From the NCBI GenBank assembly GCA_973895155.1, contig OZ316897.1:12647375-12711374 (forward strand): 64,000 nt of DNA, read 5' to 3'. The notes beneath the pieces are model-generated. The model was not told the origin of the DNA. It searched no databases and worked only from the letters and a program-made list of their open reading frames with translations. Of this stretch, positions 61,601 through 64,000 are shown one piece after another. Numbering within the stretch: position 1 is the first letter of the stretch; each line of letters begins with the position of its first letter. Position numbers and translations under genes: made by a program. This DNA is from Marsupella aquatica (Eukaryota; Plantae; Marchantiophyta).

Positions 61601-62697
61601 TAGATGCAACGAATCTCTAACAGCATGTCACTATTTGGTTCTATATATATGCAGTTCAGAACTCCACTGCCACTAATTAACTCTTCCTATGTCGCTAAAC
61701 TCAATATATGACTTGATGCAAATCGCCTAGTGAGTGGCATTATTATCATATAATACGTAATCCTCCATACAGTCTAGAACACTTCTAGCTTAGTTGGCTG
61801 CGGATATCACTGCTTCAATGATATTACCTTTACATTTGAGCTTCAAATACTTTTTCCATACCAAATTCCCTGGAAGTGTCGGATGTTCTTTCTTAACCAG
61901 TCCGTCTTCGTACAAGTGAGTCGCTCATTGTTTTGAATTCAACGCATTCCAGCAACAGATCCTTGGTGAAAGAAAAATTAAAACTTGGTGTGACATATAG
62001 TTGAGTGGGTGGGGAAACTTCCTTATTGAATGAATTGGATCTACTTATAGCCAAAAGGACCAGGTTCGAATGAAGCACTAAATCGTAACTTTTATGCTAC
62101 AAGTTATAATTTCCATTGCAAGCCATGTGTTGATCCCCATAACTAGTAGAACCGTTAATATGGTACATGGTTTGTTTCGCACCAGAAGTCTACACTTGCT
62201 TTCAATGAAATAGTCAAGGTTCCTCGACTTCTTCAAAAGCAGTCGTCAATTCAAGGCTAGGATGTTTCGACGTCTGTTAATTTCACTGTATGCTAGCTGT
62301 CAGCTGATTTCAGGATATCTCTTTTCAGGTGGTGGTCAATGTTTACGGAATCAACATGGATCCGAAGGTGTGGAGTAACCCGGAGAAGTGGGATCCAGAT
62401 CGTCTCCTGAACGACAAGAGTATTGACTTGGGTTTGAAAGACTTCCGCATTATGCCTTTCGGTGCTGGTAAACGCATATGTGCGGGAATGTCACAATCCA
62501 TGTTCATCATTTCTATGAACCTTGCTTCGTTTGTCCTCCACTTCGAATGGAGCTTGCCTCCCAACGATATCAATGCTCAAAAGGAAGCGGTTGAAGATAC
62601 AGCATTCTTCACCACCCACCTACTCCATCCTCTACAAGCTGTAGCAAAGCCACGAGTCGGCTCGCGGATCAAGTATGAAGGAGAAGCAATAAATTAA
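58614..62697 (+). CDS. CYP701: Cytochrome P450 of the CYP701 (ent-kaurene oxidase) family, 6 exons, about 560 aa
   Basis: Exons 58614-58851, 59213-59679, 60005-60253, 60902-61066, 61231-61425 and 62329-62697 are all GT-AG and in frame. Motifs: PGGLPFLGNLLQL..RPHK.F..WA.KYGPIY, DWRDYFP, WEPII..TDT...TTEWAMYELA, ETLR, PFGAGKRICAG. Confidence 0.9.
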
Positions 62698-63149
62698 ATC
62701 GCTAGATATGACCTGTATGAGTTATGCTTTGCATGAAAGGTACACTGAAGTACTCGTCCAATTGTGATTACCCAAGATAAAGAGCTTAATATGTTAGAGA
62801 CTCTTCGTTGTGAACAAGAACAACGGTCACTGTATCTTTGTAGTGCGCAAGTACTCCTTCGAGTTTACTGTACTAAAAACGTTCATGCTGACCCTGGGCT
62901 ATCGTCTCATGTGAGAAACTACGTTCGAGGGTGCGACTGTCACCGAGGAGTTTCCGAAATAGAGAGGTTGATAGGTTAAATTTGCAGATTTCTAAAGCCA
63001 GCTATAACAGACTCGTGGGTTAATGTGCATGTGTGTGTAAATCTAGCTACACATATGAGGTTTCGAAATATATCCTGAAAACAAAACAGTATTCTACGGC
63101 AAATATTCAGCAGTTACAGATCAAATTCGGCCATATGACGTAGATAATA

Positions 63150-63268
63150 TATTTTTTCGTATAGCTACATAGTAAATAAGAACATAGACTCAAACATTCT
63201 AAAGATACAAAAATGGTAATTAAATCATTGGCGCCACAGAGAAGCATCCGCAAAAGAGTAATAGTTAA
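63150..63268 (-). pseudogene. ndhB: Plastid ndhB fragment (NUPT)
   Basis: [32 protein letters not shown] matches NdhB ([29 protein letters not shown]). The surrounding ORF sequence is unrelated. Confidence 0.8.
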
Positions 63269-63854
63269 GCAGTCCTCTAATCTTATGATTGTATAAAGCC
63301 GCCAGGATATCAGAGTGCGATAGTTCAAGCCCAGGGAATTCAGACCTTTAACTATCGGGAGCGACGGCACCGTATCCATCTTTTGGATTCTTATCTTACC
63401 GGGCTTAATAATGAGGTAGTTTAGACATGGATGTTCTGATTCGTCATGTTTTATCAAATTGTGAAGAAATGAAAAAGGGAGAATCATACCTGAAGAGAGG
63501 TTGAACCACAATGTTGTGCAAGGCACATCCTTCATATGAAACTTTCTGAGGTAACTACGGTAGCATTAATTGAGTGCGTGACGCCCAATTTACTGTGATG
63601 ATGTGAGGTGCATTTGTGTCTGCTGATGTCCTGCAACCAAGGTGGATTTGAGTTGGATTCGTCGTGGAATACGTCACGATCAATGACTCTATATTGCTGC
63701 TAGGGTCAGTTTACTGTGTTCTGGCCCCTTTCGTTCTTGGTTTTTAGGATACATATTTTAGTCAGCACTACGGCTGCAGTCTCTTCACATAGTGCACACC
63801 TTTGTCAAAGAAAAATAATATTTATTTATTGTTCTTGTCAAAATGCAATTGCCC

Positions 63855-63927
63855 TCCGTTGTAGTCTAGATGGTTAGGATACTCGGCTCTCACCCGAGCG
63901 ACCCGGGTTCGAGTCCCGGCAACGGAA
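63855..63927 (+). tRNA. trnE-CUC: tRNA-Glu (anticodon CTC)
   Basis: TCCGTTG...CAACGGA acceptor stem, CTCGG-CT[CTC]AC-CCGAG anticodon arm, GGTTCGAGTCC T-loop, T-run shortly downstream. Confidence 0.95.
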
Positions 63928-64000
63928 CGCTCCCGAGCAAAGACTACCACTTTTGGTGTCCTCAAGGTTGGGGCCATTACCTCTTTTGGTGTCTCCAATA

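Noticed and set aside
63107-63535. 142-aa ORF as a full gene
   Set aside because: Only about 35 codons match ndhB; the rest is chance open frame.

Overview
Repeat-rich nuclear DNA of a land plant. The TE types, gene set and an ndhB-like fragment hint at a non-seed plant such as a bryophyte or fern, but this is inference. 1-21426 is a three-layer nest. CACTA-A (right end 10203; TnpD plus F-box-like, tandem-BRCT and EDM2-type PHD cargo) sits inside a Ty1/Copia element (3' LTR 13338-13678). That Copia sits inside the transposase of CACTA-B (right end 21426; SET-domain and TnpA-like genes). 22264-33849 is a putative TIR DNA transposon with a Sola/DUF7869-like DDD transposase and a Ulp1 protease fragment. 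It also holds the most striking feature: one spliced, now stop-interrupted gene fusing a ParB/Srx-like domain to a prokaryote-type beta-class N4C/N6A DNA methyltransferase. Arrays of long GGGAT(A/C)C-N2/3-G(T/G)ATCCC palindromes accompany it. The right half holds MITEs, Helitron ends, a tRNA-containing TRIM-like relic, an intact L-type lectin receptor kinase, a six-exon CYP701 (ent-kaurene oxidase family) gene, a short plastid ndhB insertion and tRNA-Glu(CTC). All calls come from reading motifs by eye; no database searches were run.
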